Positions 27,481-38,320 are shown, counted from the first letter of the whole stretch. The stretch: 63,933 nucleotides of DNA, filler included, from Octopus bimaculoides (GCF_001194135.2; 8 parts of 8 records of this genome joined end to end with filler, not necessarily neighbours in it); one strand, 5' to 3'. Translations and numbers: made by a program. The notes: generated by a model not told the origin, from the sequence alone.

Positions 27481-27511
<31 letters not shown>

Positions 27512-27514
27512 TAT

Positions 27515-27590
27515 GTAGTCCCACGCAGTGGGACTAAACTCGGAATCATGTGGTTGTGATGCAAGCTTTTTACTACACAGCCACTCCTGC
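27515..27590 (-). mobile_element. SINE family A head fragment
   Basis: cgcagtgggactaaactcggaatcatgtgg...ctacacagccactcctg. Confidence 0.75.
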
Positions 27591-27675
27591 TTGTTGCATG
27601 ATCAGCAACTGAATGTTGCTTGAATTTTCATATATTACAGACTTCAGCGAACTACTGCCATCTCTAGTAGACAAG

Positions 27676-27728
27676 GTGTGCAGCACTGAGGAAGGACAGA
27701 AATAGCTCGAAACCAAGCTGGTCTGCAG
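27676..27728 (+). ncRNA. Type I hammerhead-ribozyme-like motif, partly decayed stem II
   Basis: gca-CTGAGGA-a-ggacagaaatagctc-GAAA-cca-agc-tg-GTC|tgc. The core is intact, stem III is ACCA/TGGT and stem I has 3 bp. Confidence 0.5.
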
Positions 27729-28796
27729 GTCCTATCGCTTGAAGGTGGTAGGGTTCGCTCCCCAGCTTGCATGCTTGCAATATATCGGATGTAGGTGGCA
27801 TCATTAACTTACTAGACGAGATATCCTCTTGGGGTTAAAGAAATCGCAGTAACTCCTGTTCTTACGGAACAGCCACGTTGAAGTGGCGACAAACATTACT
27901 TGGCCGTACAGTAACTGCTTTTATCACTTACAGAGACTTTTTAACTAACTGCTTTGCTTGTTGCAAGATCAGCAGCTAGTTATATGTATGTATGTATGTA
28001 GTATGTAGTATGTATGTATGAATGAATGTAGATATGTATGTATATTCATACATACCTATATGTGACATTGTAGATGTCACATATGGGTATGTACACTTGT
28101 ACATTCATACATGCATATTTGTGACATCCGCAAGTCTGTAACTGCCGAAATAATTAAATGTAGTTAATCAAGTCATTGACCTGTATTTTTCTAGTTAACT
28201 TCTTAATGCTTACTTTGTTAAACGTGTCAATACTAACTAAACTATTGGCTTACAAGCGAATGGTATCACAGGAATAATTTGTTTCTATAAAACTCAGGAA
28301 CCGATTTCCATGACCGGACTAGAATTTCGCTCAATGAAATTAATACGAAACAAACACTTTATTCTGCTAGAAATTGTTTCTTGTTATTTTTAAATAGAAG
28401 GAATATATTCTTAATTTGGAGCAAATAGCTTACTCTGTTTACACGCGTGTGGGTCGAGATATGAATGCGTGTCTATAATTACTGGCATCTTTTGCGTTAC
28501 GGAGGCGTTGAGTTCATAAGAATCTTACCGTAACATGTAGTTCTGTAATCCGTAATTTTTTCCATTTGACTCCCATGTAACATAAAAATCAACGAGGAAA
28601 CTGATTTCGCGTTACAGAAAACAACGTTGCAACAAGTTCCTTTTTTCTTTGCGAGCGTAACAGTTCCGTAATGTGGATGATGCCCGCATACTAATTGCAT
28701 TTTACGATGTATTTTATTGTAATATGTAATTACAAGAACAGAAAACGAACAGTCAGGAACAGCAGTTTAGAAGGCCAGTCAAATAAATATACATAT

Positions 28797-29000
28797 TGCA
28801 GGTGTGGCTATATGGTAAGAAGCTTGCTTCCAACCACGTAGTTCAGGGTTTAATCCCACTGCGTGGTAGCTTGGGCAAGTATCTTCTACTATAGCTTCGG
28901 GTCGACCAAAGCCTTGTGACTGAATTTGGTAGACGAAACCGACAGAAGTGCGACATGTGTGTGTGTGTGTGTGTGTTTGCCTGTGTGTGCGTGTGTGTGT
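28797..29000 (+). mobile_element. SINE family A
   Basis: gcaggtgtggctatatggtaagaagcttgcttcc...gaccaaagccttgtgac...ggtagacgaaac. Confidence 0.85.
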
Positions 29001-29220
29001 CTTTGTCTGTGTGTCTGTGCGTATGTGTGTGTGTCTGTTTTAAAAAGTATCTTTGGATATTTATGCAATAACGTTTTCAATTTAGGAGTGTAAACCGGTT
29101 TGACAAGCTCTTTCAGATCTTTCTCTGTTGTTATGAAGAGAAATTAAACAATGACACATTATATATGTATTGTTAACACTAATACTAATAATAGTTATTT
29201 CATTTGGAACCTATTCCGGG

Positions 29221-29405
29221 CTAACCCTTTCGTTGAAACTGGCCAGTTCCAGACTCTCACACCTAACCTGCAATGTCATTCTAAAATTAAACAATCACTT
29301 CTTCGAAATTTCGAAGCTATGAGATTAAAATGTAAATAAACTGGATTAAAATGTAAATAAATAAGTATTGCATTTGACAAAATAATCCGAATGCTTAAGG
29401 GTTGA
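29221..29405. mobile_element. Putative piggyBac-type MITE
   Basis: CTAA-CCCTT...AAGGG-TTGA: short TIRs with a degenerate TTAA target site. Confidence 0.45.
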
Positions 29406-29859
29406 TGACGTAATAATTGTCAAATTAACTACAAGGAACAATAAATATATTATAGGTAAACTTGAATTATTCTTCATGGCTTAGAGCATCAATAAAGAAC
29501 GTCTTGCAATCTTCTGAAACAGCAAGTCATTATACTGAGACACATTTCTGTTGATTCCATTTTATATAAACCCAGTCTTTTCAATTCACTGCGAAATTAA
29601 AAATCGTCTAGTTATATTTCTTTTTTGACACTTGTAATTACTTGATTAAAATAATCACAACTGTATTTTAAAGAGGAATCTGAAAATTAAAACAAAAAAT
29701 GTCGAAAACAAAAAAATTACAGTGCAAGTTGCATAAATATAAAAAAAAGGTCGAAAAAAATTACTGAGCAAATTGCATATCCGTCGTTGTTCTTACAGTT
29801 TATTAGGATAGGATTTTATGAATATCTCCATCAATTTATCCATCCATTTATAGGTGTTA

Positions 29860-30015
29860 GCATGGTTGTATGGTAAGACGTTTGCTTGCCAATTACAAAG
29901 TTGCGGATTTAACACACTGCGTGGTGTCTTGGGCAGATGTTCTCTACAATAATTTCTGGCCGACCAAAACCTCGTGAGCGGATTTGGTAGACGGAAGCTG
30001 AAAGAAACACGTCGT
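29860..30015 (+). mobile_element. SINE family A head
   Basis: ggttgtatggtaagacgtttgcttgcc...cttgggcagatgttctc...ggtagacggaagctgaaag. Confidence 0.8.
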
Positions 30016-30109
30016 AAGTTTGTCATAATTCAATTGTATTTCAAGATTACTCGTCAATAGAAAAAGAGCCGGTTTCTAACCTAGATCTAAAGCTTCTTCA
30101 TTGGAATTT

Positions 30110-30425
30110 CCACATCAAAAACAAGGTTTTTTTGCATGTTTGTATGTATATGTGCAGGTTTGTATGTTTTGTTTTATGTATGTATTCTCATGCATATTGT
30201 TGCATGTCTAGACGTGCTCATATATACTTAAATGATTTAACTTCTGGAAAGGTTTACAGATTTTGACAGTTCCAGTGATGGCTTGGATCTGTAGTCTTTG
30301 AATCAGCTTTCTCCTTTCTGGTTTTAAGAAGCCTAATTTCTCAAGATTGGCATTTAAGCAGGGTGTTACATATCCCAATGACCCAATAGTTACTGGTATA
30401 AACCTGAACTTGTAATCTGGTTCTG
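30110..30425 (-). mobile_element. REL-endonuclease LINE 3' end (family 2, TACA-rich tail)
   Basis: PDYKFRFIPVTIGSLGYV...LQIQAITGTVKICK, plus a 3' UTR matching 37140-37400. Confidence 0.8.
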
Positions 30426-30477
30426 TGTATGTATGCATGCATGTATGTTTACAAGCACGCGCGCACACACACACACA

Positions 30478-30638
30478 GGTGCAGGAATAGCTGTGTGGTA
30501 AGAAGCTTACTTCTCTACCACATGGTTCAGGTTTTAGTTTCACTGTGTGACACCTTGGCCAGGTATCTTCTGCTATAGCCTCGGGCCGACAAAAGCCTTC
30601 TGAGTGGATTTGCTGGACGCAAACTGAAAGAGGCCCGT

Positions 30639-30640
<2 letters not shown>
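30478..30640 (+). mobile_element. SINE family A head
   Basis: gcaggaatagctgtgtggtaagaagc...tcgggccgacaaaagcc...gcaaactgaaagaggcccgtc. Confidence 0.85.
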
Positions 30641-30710
<70 letters not shown>

Positions 30711-30712
<2 letters not shown>

Positions 30713-31151
30713 AGGTAAGAGAAGAAATGGACCAACATGTAACAATTAAAAGTTGATCATTAGTATTGAATGATCATAGTTTAATTATGGTTCAGATAAC
30801 ATTTACAGCTGTTTCTGTTTGTTATTTTTAAGGTAAACTTGCGTTTATCTCGTTCCATGTAACACACATTATCAGGATGATTTGAACTTTACCCGAAGAA
30901 TATTGATGGGAGATCGAAGGTTGACAGGAGAAAAAAGGAAAATTCGTATGCATGTTAATGGCATCACTAGCAATTAGTATGTTAGTCAGTGATCTAACTT
31001 AATCTGAATGAGATAAGCGTAAGTTTACTTAAAAAAATAACAAACAGAAACAGCTGTAAATGTTATCTTAACCATAAAGAAACTATGATAATTCAATACT
31101 AATGATCAACTTCTAATTGTTACATATTGCTTCATTTCTTCTCTTACCTTA
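30711..31151. mobile_element. MITE with TIRs of about 140 bp and TA target duplication (Tc1/mariner type)
   Basis: TA|AGGTAAGAGAAGAAATG...CATTTCTTCTCTTACCT|TA; the arms align as imperfect inverted repeats. Confidence 0.85.
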
Positions 31152-31294
31152 TTTGCATATATTAAACCACGATTTACTCTTAAATTACCAACTGCAGTTA
31201 ACCTTACAGCAAGGCCTATACATAGTTAGGTAATACACCAATAGTGCTTACGGATATATTTATCCCTTGGACAGTTGTATTTTTGAAATTTACA

Positions 31295-31470
31295 GAAGAA
31301 CAAAAGACGAAGACAAGTGTATAAACAACAAGCAGGTGTATTAGTTTGACACTCGGGAAGGTGAGAAAGTCTTTTAGGTTTCGAGCCTTCATTCTTCAAC
31401 AGAAAGAAACACGATGATATAAAAAGAGAGAGAATAAAAGAAAACTTGTGGATTTAGCGGTCAATCATGT
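31295..31470 (-). mobile_element. Penelope-like terminal repeat fragment with degenerate hammerhead-like core
   Basis: Minus strand ctgttgaa-gaat-gaag-gctc-gaaac; homologous to 5775-5955. Confidence 0.5.
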
Positions 31471-31559
31471 ATGTATGTATGTATGTGTGTATGTATGTAT
31501 GTGTGTATGTGTGTATGTATGTATGTATGTATGTATGTATGTATGTGTGTGTGTGTATC

Positions 31560-31790
31560 TGTGTCTGTGGGGTGTGCCTGTGTATTTGTGTTTGTACCTC
31601 CATCACCGTTTCACAACCGGTGTTTGTGTGTTTACGTCCCCGTAACTTAGTAGTTCGGTAAAGAGACCGACAGAATATGTACTCATCTTAAAAATAAGGC
31701 CGAGGTCCGATTTAGTCGACTAAACAAACCCTCTGGTATCGCCGCAGTCAAATGTCTGATACAAGTAAAAGAACAAAAGAATAAAAGAAT
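31560..31790 (+). mobile_element. SINE family A 3' half
   Basis: gtgtttacgtccccgtaacttag...ccgcagtcaaatg...aagtaaaagaa. Confidence 0.85.
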
Positions 31791-31949
31791 TAAAGAATAT
31801 ATAATAAGGAAAGCTAAGATCCAAGGATCGAGATGCAAGAAGATAGTAAGATTCGAACAGTCCGTAGAAGGAATAAAAAACAACTTTCAGGAACAATTAT
31901 TGATGCAGAAGATTGTTTTTCATGTTTGAAACACACTCTGCTAAACATT

Positions 31950-33064
31950 GCTTGTCATAGCCGACTAATTTGCAGAAGACAGTCGGGACAGTGGAAAGCT
32001 CTCTATGCAATAAAGTATTGTGTTAAACGGGGTAAAAACGCCAGAGACCCCTATAAATTACTTCAGATTGCTTATAGATTAACATTTTCGCTGGCACAAG
32101 ATTTTCAAGAACAGTAGAGAAGTGAGAGACGATGAGAACTGTGGATGGGAGAGGGACGTTAGAACGTCAGAACTGGCCAAGAAAATTCGCAATACTCTGG
32201 ATGAAGACTGTCGTGTGCCTATAAAAATAACGAGCATTTAGTTTGGAGTTTGTGTGTGGCTGTGTGGTAATAGGCACAGGAGTGGTTGTGTGGTAAGTAG
32301 CTTGCTTACCAACCACATGGTTCCGGGTTCAGTCCCACTGCGTGGCACCTTGGGCAAGTGTCTTCTATTATAGCTTCGGGCCGACCAAAGCCTTGTGAGT
32401 GGATTTGGTAGACGGAAACTGAAAGAAGCCCGTCGTATATATGTAAATATATATATATGTTTGTGTGTCTGTGTTTGACTCCCCACCATCGCTTGACAAC
32501 CGATGCTGGTGTGTTTACGTCCCCGTAATTTAGCGGTTCGGCAAAAAGAGACCGATAGAATAAGTACTAGGCTTACAAAGAATAAGTCCTGGTGTCGATT
32601 TGATTCGACTAAGGGCGGTGCTCCAGCATGGCCGCAGTCAAATGACTGAAACAAGTAAAAGAGTAAACTGTACACAGAATTATTCATGAAGATCTGAAGA
32701 TACGCAAAATTTGTTCTCAGAGTGTTCAGTGATGAGCATTCTGGTAACCAACTACTTATCAGAGAAAGACCTCAGTACAGTCCCTCACTCACCTGACAGT
32801 CCGGACATTGCTCTCTGATACTTTTTGGTCGATCCTCCAGGTGAAAAACCTCAGCGGCAGTCTTTTAGAAGACATTAAGAAGATGGGAGTTGTGACAAGA
32901 GTCCTGGACACCTTCATTTTGGGACCTTCACGAAATGGCTGGATAGCTACAAGTGCATTGAAGTCAGAGGATCCTACTTTGAAGGAGATTAGTGTTTTGT
33001 ATTTCTTTGAAACTAATAATCGTCTCTCATACAAAAGTCTGAAACGTCTAGAATACACCTCGTA
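31950..33064 (+). mobile_element. Internally deleted mariner transposon interrupted by a family A SINE
   Basis: N-terminal YAIKYCVKRGKNARDPYKLLQIAY and FRWHKIFKNSREVRDDE; resumes after the SINE as TVHRIIHEDLKIRKIC, then HSPDSPDIAL-like and KCIEVRGSYFEGD*. The right TIR ends ...ATACACCTCG|TA. Confidence 0.8.
32272..32667 (+). mobile_element. SINE family A, full-length reference copy (tRNA-derived, CORE-like GGCACCTTGGGCAAGT)
   Basis: A-box-like GTGGTTGTGTGG, B-box GGTTCAGTCCC, block resembling the CORE-SINE core, internal microsatellite and GTAAAAGA tail; many copies in the window. Confidence 0.92.
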
Positions 33065-33119
33065 TATCGTCTCCCTTAAAAGCCAAACACTATATGGAAT
33101 TAAAGCTGATGCTAAAAGA

Positions 33120-33550
33120 TCATTATTATTTTTTTTTCTGCGCCTCCCCTCTTTGTCCCGCATTTGGGCCAAGCCCTCATCATCTTTTTCGAGTTTCACT
33201 TGAAAAGGAAGTTGAGGATGGAGAGGAAAGTGTTGCCTTGTAGCAAGTTTGCTGAAAGATGGGTGAATGCTGGAAGAGTGGCCAGTGTGAAAGGGCCAAT
33301 TCTGAGCCCGCACCTGCAAAAAAGAAGGAGAAAGGCTCTTGCGCTGTTGTTTAGGCACCCGTGGCTTTTGTGGGTTTTTCTATCAGGATCTTAAAGCGCC
33401 TTCCCTATTGGGAATTTTAATTTGTTCAATTTTTATTGTTATTACATTGTGTACACGCGGCAAAACCCATTGTATCGTCCTGTTTTTATCTTTCATGTTG
33501 TTGTGCGTCAATTAATGTTTTGTATGTGAGCCCTTGTGGCTAAAACAAGA

Positions 33551-33555
<5 letters not shown>
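33120..33555 (+). mobile_element. 3' end of a probable L1/Tx1-type LINE
   Basis: GQALIIFFEFHLKRKLRMERKVL...ERWVN, followed by a 3' UTR ending at (TTA)n; peptide overlaps homologous 58230-58520. Clade assignment is from recall. Confidence 0.5.
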
Positions 33556-33599
<44 letters not shown>

Positions 33600-33606
33600 A
33601 TTATAT

Positions 33607-33822
33607 GAAGGCGGCGAGCTGGCAGAATTGTTAGCACGTTGGACGAAATGCTTAGCGGTATTTCGCCCGTCACTTCGTTCTGAGTTCAAACTCCGTCGAG
33701 ATCGACATTGCCTTTCATCCTTTCGAGGTCGATTAGTTAAGTACCAGCTGCGTACTGGGGTCGATCTAATCGACTGGCCTCCTCCCCCAAAATTTCAGGC
33801 CCTTATGCCTATAATAGAAAGG

Positions 33823-33824
<2 letters not shown>
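33607..33824 (+). mobile_element. SINE family B, full-length copy in a (TTA)n array
   Basis: gaaggcggcgagctggcagaa...GAGTTCAAACTCC (B-box)...ttgcctttcatcctttcgaggtcgatt...aagtaccag...aatagaaagg; flanked by TTA repeats on both sides. Confidence 0.92.
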
Positions 33825-33889
<65 letters not shown>

Positions 33890-33891
<2 letters not shown>

Positions 33892-34030
33892 CTTTTATCT
33901 TTTAATTGTTTCAGTCATTAGACCGCGACCATGCCGGGACATCACCTTCAAGAATTTTAATGTGTGGTACTTATACCATCGGTCTCTTGCCGAACCGCTA
34001 AGCTACAGGGGTATAAACACACCAGCATAG
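33890..34030 (-). mobile_element. SINE family A tail in the presumptive 3' UTR of the LRR gene
   Basis: tttcagtcattagaccgcgaccatgc...ctcttgccgaaccgctaag...taaacacaccagcat. Confidence 0.8.
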
Positions 34031-34109
34031 TTGCTAAATATACCTTTCTTCTTATCTCATGTGAATAACTATTAAAATATTATCGATAGTTTAACATGTA
34101 TTATGAATG

Positions 34110-35009
34110 TTAGCTAAAAACAATGAGTGTTATTACAAGAAGGGCAGAACTGATTAACATATTCCATCTTAGTATGTTAGAGTTGTTTGGTTTTGAGCAT
34201 TCTGTAACCGATTCTGTAGCTGTATTACACGAATTAAACATTTCCGATCGTAAGGATTTCCCTTTATACTTCAGTGGTAATGAGCAAGTATTATTCGGCG
34301 CAGTCAAATAGTTTTTTGTAAAAAACCATTTTAGAGAACAATCACAAGTTAGTTTGTTATTTCTGAATGTTTCAGGCATAGTGTCCTGTTCAAGAAACTG
34401 ATATATCGTATTTCCTATCATTTCAAAATCCTTGTTTCGAACTAACGCATTTTTGTCAATACAGTTAAATGTATTAAATACACAAACGACATTGCCAATT
34501 CGGTTGATACTAAACGCATTGGTCTCAAGTGCGGAAATATTTGAATTCGATACTTTAAGACTGTTACAACTGATGTTTCCGAAGGCAAAGCCGGATATAA
34601 TAGAAATGTTAGAATCTAGAATGTAAAAATCTTGACAGTCTATATTACTAAATGCATGTGGATTGATTTTAAAAACTTTTTTTGCAGTAAACTTGATGAT
34701 CTTCACTGTTCCTGCGAAAGCCATTGGTTTAATCTCGTTGATGCAGTCGACATTTATTTCCAACTGTAGCATAGACCCTTTTTCACGATAAGCAATCGCT
34801 CCCTTTTGAATGTCTCCGAGTTTGCCTCGAATTAAAAGTGAGTCTATCTTGTCATTTGGTATATGTATTGGGAATGAAGGTGAGACGCATTCAATCCTAG
34901 ACTTAGAACATTTACAGTCAACAGGACATCGTCCTTCAGAAGCATAGGTGATGTCGAAGCAAAAGACGAGCAGAATGAGCACTGACCAATATTTTCTTGG
35001 TGATTCCAT
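34110..35009 (-). CDS. Secreted/GPI-anchored leucine-rich-repeat protein, 299 aa, intronless CDS
   Basis: Uninterrupted 900-nt frame. ATG in good context (acaaaATGG), 17 nt after acceptor tttgtattttccag. Signal peptide MESPRKYWSVLILLVFCFDITYA; LRRNT CPVDCKC; about 7 IxxIxxxAFxx repeats; LRRCT NKLTCDCSLKWF...CSLP...C; hydrophobic C-terminus with no cytoplasmic tail. Confidence 0.9.
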   Translation of the reverse strand: MESPRKYWSVLILLVFCFDITYASEGRCPVDCKCSKSRIECVSPSFPIHIPNDKIDSLLIRGKLGDIQKGAIAYREKGSMLQLEINVDCINEIKPMAFAGTVKIIKFTAKKVFKINPHAFSNIDCQDFYILDSNISIISGFAFGNISCNSLKVSNSNISALETNAFSINRIGNVVCVFNTFNCIDKNALVRNKDFEMIGNTIYQFLEQDTMPETFRNNKLTCDCSLKWFFTKNYLTAPNNTCSLPLKYKGKSLRSEMFNSCNTATESVTECSKPNNSNILRWNMLISSALLVITLIVFS

Positions 35010-35198
35010 TTTGTAATAGCATTGATCTGGAAAATACAAATGAAACATTAGCAATACTTCGACACATAAAAGAGGAGGTTTATATCCTGAAAAAGAGCCA
35101 AATGAAAAATATTTTTCAAGGCAAATCTAGGAAGGACGTTATAATTGAATGACAGAAATATAAAGGATGCGAGGTAGACGTTCGATTTTTATACTTTG

Positions 35199-35259
<61 letters not shown>

Positions 35260-35849
35260 NNNNNNNNNNTCAACGGCAGCGACTTCAAACCGCACCCATA
35301 GTTTCAGTCATAACAGCGTTAAGCGCATGACAAAGTACAACATGGCTAGCAGCTCGTTTATTTAAAACATTCACAAACACTACAACAGATCTGGTGAGCC
35401 AATATAAGTCAGAACCTTTCATGTTGAGAGTGGTAACTAACAGTAACTACGTGGTTTTGGGAGCAGGCCTCATTTACAGCAAAACAATGATTTCATTTGC
35501 GGTTTTCTTGTCAGTAACTGTCGTGAAACGTCTTGTAAGGAAATCTTTGAAAGCTGTGGTCTGTTGTATACGAGACTTGAATACTAACGCATGAAAACTA
35601 AGGTGAAGGAGTGAAGTAGGAAGAAACCTTGACCCACGGGGCATAAATAGTTCACAAACTTGTCAGAAGATTACTATCTGAGATTATTCTGCAAAAGACC
35701 CATGGACTACACGATGTTAAGACAGGTGACGGATTATGTCTGCTAGTCATAAAGACTAACTCGTTCTCTATCAGTTTTGACTGCAATATTAATTTTATTT
35801 TCCTTTACTTCAGGTTCTTTTGACTTATCTCCTTTAAATTATTCATCCT

Positions 35850-36070
35850 GGATGGTGGATTGGTAGAATCATTAGAGCATCTGTCAAAATACGTTGCAGT
35901 ATTTACTCCAGCTCTTTAAGTTCTGAGTTCAAATCCTGCCGAAATCAACTTTACCTTTGATCTACCTTCCAAAGTCGACAACATATAGTACCAGTGATGC
36001 AATAGGATCAATATAATGGACTAACTTCCGCCTTCTACATTTCTGGCTTTATGCCTTAGTTAGAAACACT
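35850..36070 (+). mobile_element. SINE family B
   Basis: ggtagaatcattagagc...gttctgagttcaaatcctgccgaaatcaactttacctttga. Confidence 0.75.
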
Positions 36071-36759
36071 TATTTTATCCATGTGCATGATATTAAAACG
36101 TTCGCGTTGTTCCGGGTTCTGTCCCATTGCGCAGCACAAGTATCTTTCAACGATAGACTCGGACTGACTCAAGCTTTATCAGCTAGAAATTGGCTAGACA
36201 GATACTGTTCGGAATTCGCCGTATGGAATTCTTTCTGACTAGCAGACATAATCCACCACCTGTTTAAAAACATCACGTAGTGCATTGGCCCTTTGCAGAA
36301 TTAACTCTGATGATAATCTTCTGACCGACTATGTGAACTAATTATGTCCTATGGGTTGGGGTTTCTTCTTACTGTACTCACACACCTTTCTTCCTTCCAT
36401 CACTCTACTGATCTGAGAAACTCTACTAAAAGGTTGTGTGCTGCTCTTTTCCTTCTGCCTTCACCATGAAAGCTTCTCACTCGAATCTCACATATTCAAA
36501 AAAATATGAGTTGAAAAATTTTGATTAATTGAGATAGTTTATGTCAACTGTTATAGCCCCGGGTTGACCAAAGCCTTGTAAATAGACTTGGTAGACGGAA
36601 ACTGAAAGAAACTCGTCGCTTATATGAATACTACCATACCCGTGTCGTTAAAAATCCTGACAGTTTTATTAATGATAAAAAATAGTGCATCAGCACAATG
36701 GCAGAAACCGTTGATAAATATCAGTAATCCAGTAAATACACACACACACACACACAGAG

Positions 36760-36790
<31 letters not shown>

Positions 36791-36795
36791 TACAA

Positions 36796-36827
<32 letters not shown>

Positions 36828-36849
36828 ACATATATATATATGTATATAC

Positions 36850-37400
36850 ATGATGTAGCTAGAACACTATAACGAAATCTGTCGGATAACTCCAAGGACA
36901 AAGAAATAGAACCCATAGTATGGTGGAAGCCATAGCTATTCATAATAAAAAGGTGGAATGTCCCAAGGAAAATCTCAATAAAATGTAAACTTAATAGACC
37001 TGACTTAATGATTTGGGATAGAGAAGAGAAACTACAATTGTGGAAATCAGCTGTCCAACGGATGTTAACATAAAGCTAAAGATCAGTGAAAAAGAGCATA
37101 CCAACGCTAAACTATTGAGAAATTTGCAGTTACTCAATCCAGATTACAAGTTCAGGTTTATACCTGTAGTTATTGGGGCCCTGGGATATGTAACACACTA
37201 CCTAAATGCCAATCTTGAGAAATTAGGCTTCTCAAAACCAGAAAGGGGAAAGCTAATTCAAAGACTACAGATCTAATCCATCATTGGAACTGTAAAAATC
37301 TGTAAAACTTTCCAGAAGTTTATTAAGTAAATATGAGTATGACTAGATATGAGAATACATGCATGAAGCAAAACATACAAAACTGGGCAATATACATACA
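36850..37400 (+). mobile_element. REL-endonuclease LINE 3' end (family 2)
   Basis: HDVARTL...KLNRPDLMIWD...EISCP...FRFIPVVIGALGYV...LQI; the PD-(D/E)xK-type REL motif is present. Confidence 0.85.
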
Positions 37401-37469
37401 TAATGCATACATACATACAAAACTGGGCAATATACATACATAATGCATACATACATACAAAACTGGGCA
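37378..37469. repeat. 40-bp tandem repeat (two full units plus a partial unit before a gap)
   Basis: Unit caaaactgggcaatatacatacataatgcatacatacata at 37378, 37418 and 37458. Confidence 0.9.
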
Positions 37470-37499
37470 NNNNNNNNNNAATATACATACATACATACA

Positions 37500-38256
37500 T
37501 ACAATGGCACCTGTAACAAAACATATGACAGTGAAGAATATTACTGCCGAATAAAGAAAATTTGGACCTCGGAACTCTCTGCATTCAATAAAGCAATTTG
37601 CACAATGTGTTTGCAGTGCCAGTACTCATACCAATATTTGGGCTGCTTGATTGGATGCTTGATGAGATCTGAGCCGTTGATGTGAAAATCTAGAAAATAC
37701 TAACAAGCACACATAATTTCCACATCAATGGCGGCATAGACCGCCACTACCTTAAACGAAAACAAGGGGGGCAGAGGCTTAACATCGAGCCAGACCGTCT
37801 TTGAATGTTGTATCAGATCCCTTCGGTAAAATTTTTTAATCACTAAGTATCGAAGTGCATCCCTAGACCAAGTTTGCATACATGAGGCTGATAACATCAT
37901 AAGATTTGGGAGGTAGCTCCTTGAGCAGCATTCCTTGTCTGATAACCTTAAATACATGCCCAAAGAAGTTGCACGACGCTACCGCAATGTATCGTCAGAT
38001 GAAAGGGTGAGCATATATGAGCAGAAGACCATGCATGGACATCTTAGAAGAAAGCTCAGAAATGATAGTAACATTGATCATCCAAGCAGTCTATCATGAA
38101 CCAATAACCGGATTATTATATCTTACTTTGAAGGATATGCGTTTGCTATCCAGAAACAGAAAATATCAACGAAATACCTGATGAATGAAAGGGATAGGAA
38201 TGCAGGAAAAGCCGTAAAATGTGACAACCGATGCAGATTTTGTGGAGTTCACAAAA
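37500..38256 (+). mobile_element. REL-LINE post-RT to zinc-knuckle fragment
   Basis: YCRIKKIWTSELSAFNKAI, YLKRKQGGRGL and KCDNRCRFCGVH. Confidence 0.8.
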
Positions 38257-38320
38257 GGCTATAGTAGTAGACACTTGCCCAAGGTGCCACGCAGTGAGAC
38301 TGAACCCGGAACCATGTGGT
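38257..38320 (-). mobile_element. SINE family A head fragment
   Basis: ctatagtagtagacacttgcccaaggtgccacgcagtgagactgaacccggaaccatgtgg. Confidence 0.8.

Noticed and set aside
28490-28680. Cluster of CGTAAC/GTTACG-like words
   Set aside because: No periodicity, and no linked gene or repeat boundary; cannot be distinguished from a decayed transposon.
31833-32117. 94-aa ORF as a host exon
   Set aside because: Its second half is the mariner N-terminal helix-turn-helix region.
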